Assembly: GCA_035479015.1 (NCBI GenBank)
Contig: DATIJC010000011.1
Span: 1 to 52,441, forward strand
Direction of reading: 5' to 3'
Length of the DNA: 52,441 nt
Source: Patescibacteria group bacterium
GTDB taxonomy: Bacteria > Patescibacteriota > Microgenomatia > UBA1400 > UBA12028
In this document: piece after piece, positions 51,820 to 52,441 of the stretch
How the letters are laid out: each line of letters starts with the position of its first letter
How positions within the stretch are numbered: position 1 is the first letter of the stretch
The notes under the pieces: model-generated
Told to the model about the DNA's origin: nothing
The model's input: the letters and a program-made list of their open reading frames with translations, nothing else
Database searches by the model: none
Program-made: the position numbers and the translations under genes

Positions 51820-52431
51820 TTAATTCCCACAAGTCGTTGTGAATACTTTCAAGCCTAGTGCAGGTACAGGATTCTTTGGCACGAGGTCAGTTAATAAAAA
51901 TGGGACTGAGAGCGCCTCATAATGGAGGTGATTTGCCATGTTTCCGCCTCCGGTACTGCCAGTATAACCGATAATATCTCCGGCTTTGAACTGTTTTGTT
52001 GTCTGATGTTCAACGCTTGAGTCCCAGAACTGACTTAAGTGTGCAAACATAATGCTACCAAATTGAGCATTCGCTAACACAACATGATTTCCATAAGGTG
52101 TTAGTGTTCCTCGTAAAGTGTCACCAGGAGGATTGTTATAACAAGCGACTTGTGGATCATCTTGACCATCTGTACAGGCGATAGCCGTACCATCATATGG
52201 GGTAATCACTGGGGTGCCCAGAGCATTGCCTATGTCAGCCGCGGTGCTCAGTCTACCATTCCACGTGGCATGTGGTGAGCCATCACCATAATATGCGAGT
52301 ACGGAGACTGTACCATTGGTTGGCCAACAACCCGCACCCGGAGGATTGCCAAAAGTTACTGATGCGGCTGTCGTGACTGTCTGACCTGTTGCCCCCACCT
52401 GGGCATCTGATCCTTGTACATCAAATTTCAT
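51820..52431 (-). CDS. M23-family peptidoglycan metallopeptidase (possibly 5'-truncated by the window edge)
   Basis: AADIGNALGTPVITPYDGTA, YGNHVVLAN..FAHLS and GYTGSTGGGNMANHLHYE match LytM/M23 motifs (HxH present). No in-frame stop lies upstream before the window ends. Confidence 0.78.
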   Translation of the reverse strand: MKFDVQGSDAQVGATGQTVTTAASVTFGNPPGAGCWPTNGTVSVLAYYGDGSPHATWNGRLSTAADIGNALGTPVITPYDGTAIACTDGQDDPQVACYNNPPGDTLRGTLTPYGNHVVLANAQFGSIMFAHLSQFWDSSVEHQTTKQFKAGDIIGYTGSTGGGNMANHLHYEALSVPFLLTDLVPKNPVPALGLKVFTTTCGN

Positions 52432-52441
52432 TAAGAAAACA

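Noticed and set aside
1-52441. Alternative genetic code (for example UGA reassignment, as in some candidate phyla).
   Set aside because: All conserved genes (PBPs, sufBCS, valS, dnaA, dnaN, virB4) are full-length and uninterrupted under the standard bacterial code, and UGA is used as a stop (for example cmk and the first PBP1A).

Overview
This 52.4 kb window is very gene-dense: many adjacent genes overlap by 1-11 nt, and no transposase, integrase, rRNA or CRISPR array was seen. The gene content suggests a small-genome, CPR/Patescibacteria-like bacterium, but that is inference only. The replication-origin neighbourhood is present in the classical order jag-yidC-yidD-rnpA-rpmH on the minus strand, then dnaA-dnaN on the plus strand, with DnaA-box clusters on both sides of dnaA. 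Other confident calls:
- a complete suf operon (sufC-sufB, a short sufD, sufS, sufU)
- two PBP1A paralogues flanking a GH18-like gene
- tandem cmk paralogues plus a third kinase-like gene
- pentose and nucleotide salvage genes (PfkB kinase, LOG, rpe-like, rpiB, MazG, two Nudix)
- an aquaporin, comF, ssrA (tmRNA) next to smpB, valS, rplY and rnhA
- three tRNAs: Ser-GGA, Arg-CCG and an unusual Ser-ACU

The most interesting observations:
1. A reduced, Gram-positive-type T4SS-like module lies directly after dnaN and is transcribed toward the origin. It has a VirB4-like ATPase, a separate ATPase-less protein resembling a VirB4 N-domain, a PrgI/VirB3-like fusion protein and an M23 hydrolase.
2. A family of about 91-98 bp double-hairpin palindromic elements occurs three times, each just 5' of a minus-strand gene, with compensatory stem substitutions.
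3. Imperfect heptanucleotide tandem tracts recur inside sufS and valS and in intergenic DNA. One pair forms an in-frame palindromic insertion of about 27 codons in sufS.
4. A HEPN-like (RNxxxHxY), P-loop kinase-like and CPBP protease-like cassette sits at the left end.
5. About 545 bp inside the suf operon has no convincing gene.

All family assignments come from motifs read by eye. No database search was run.
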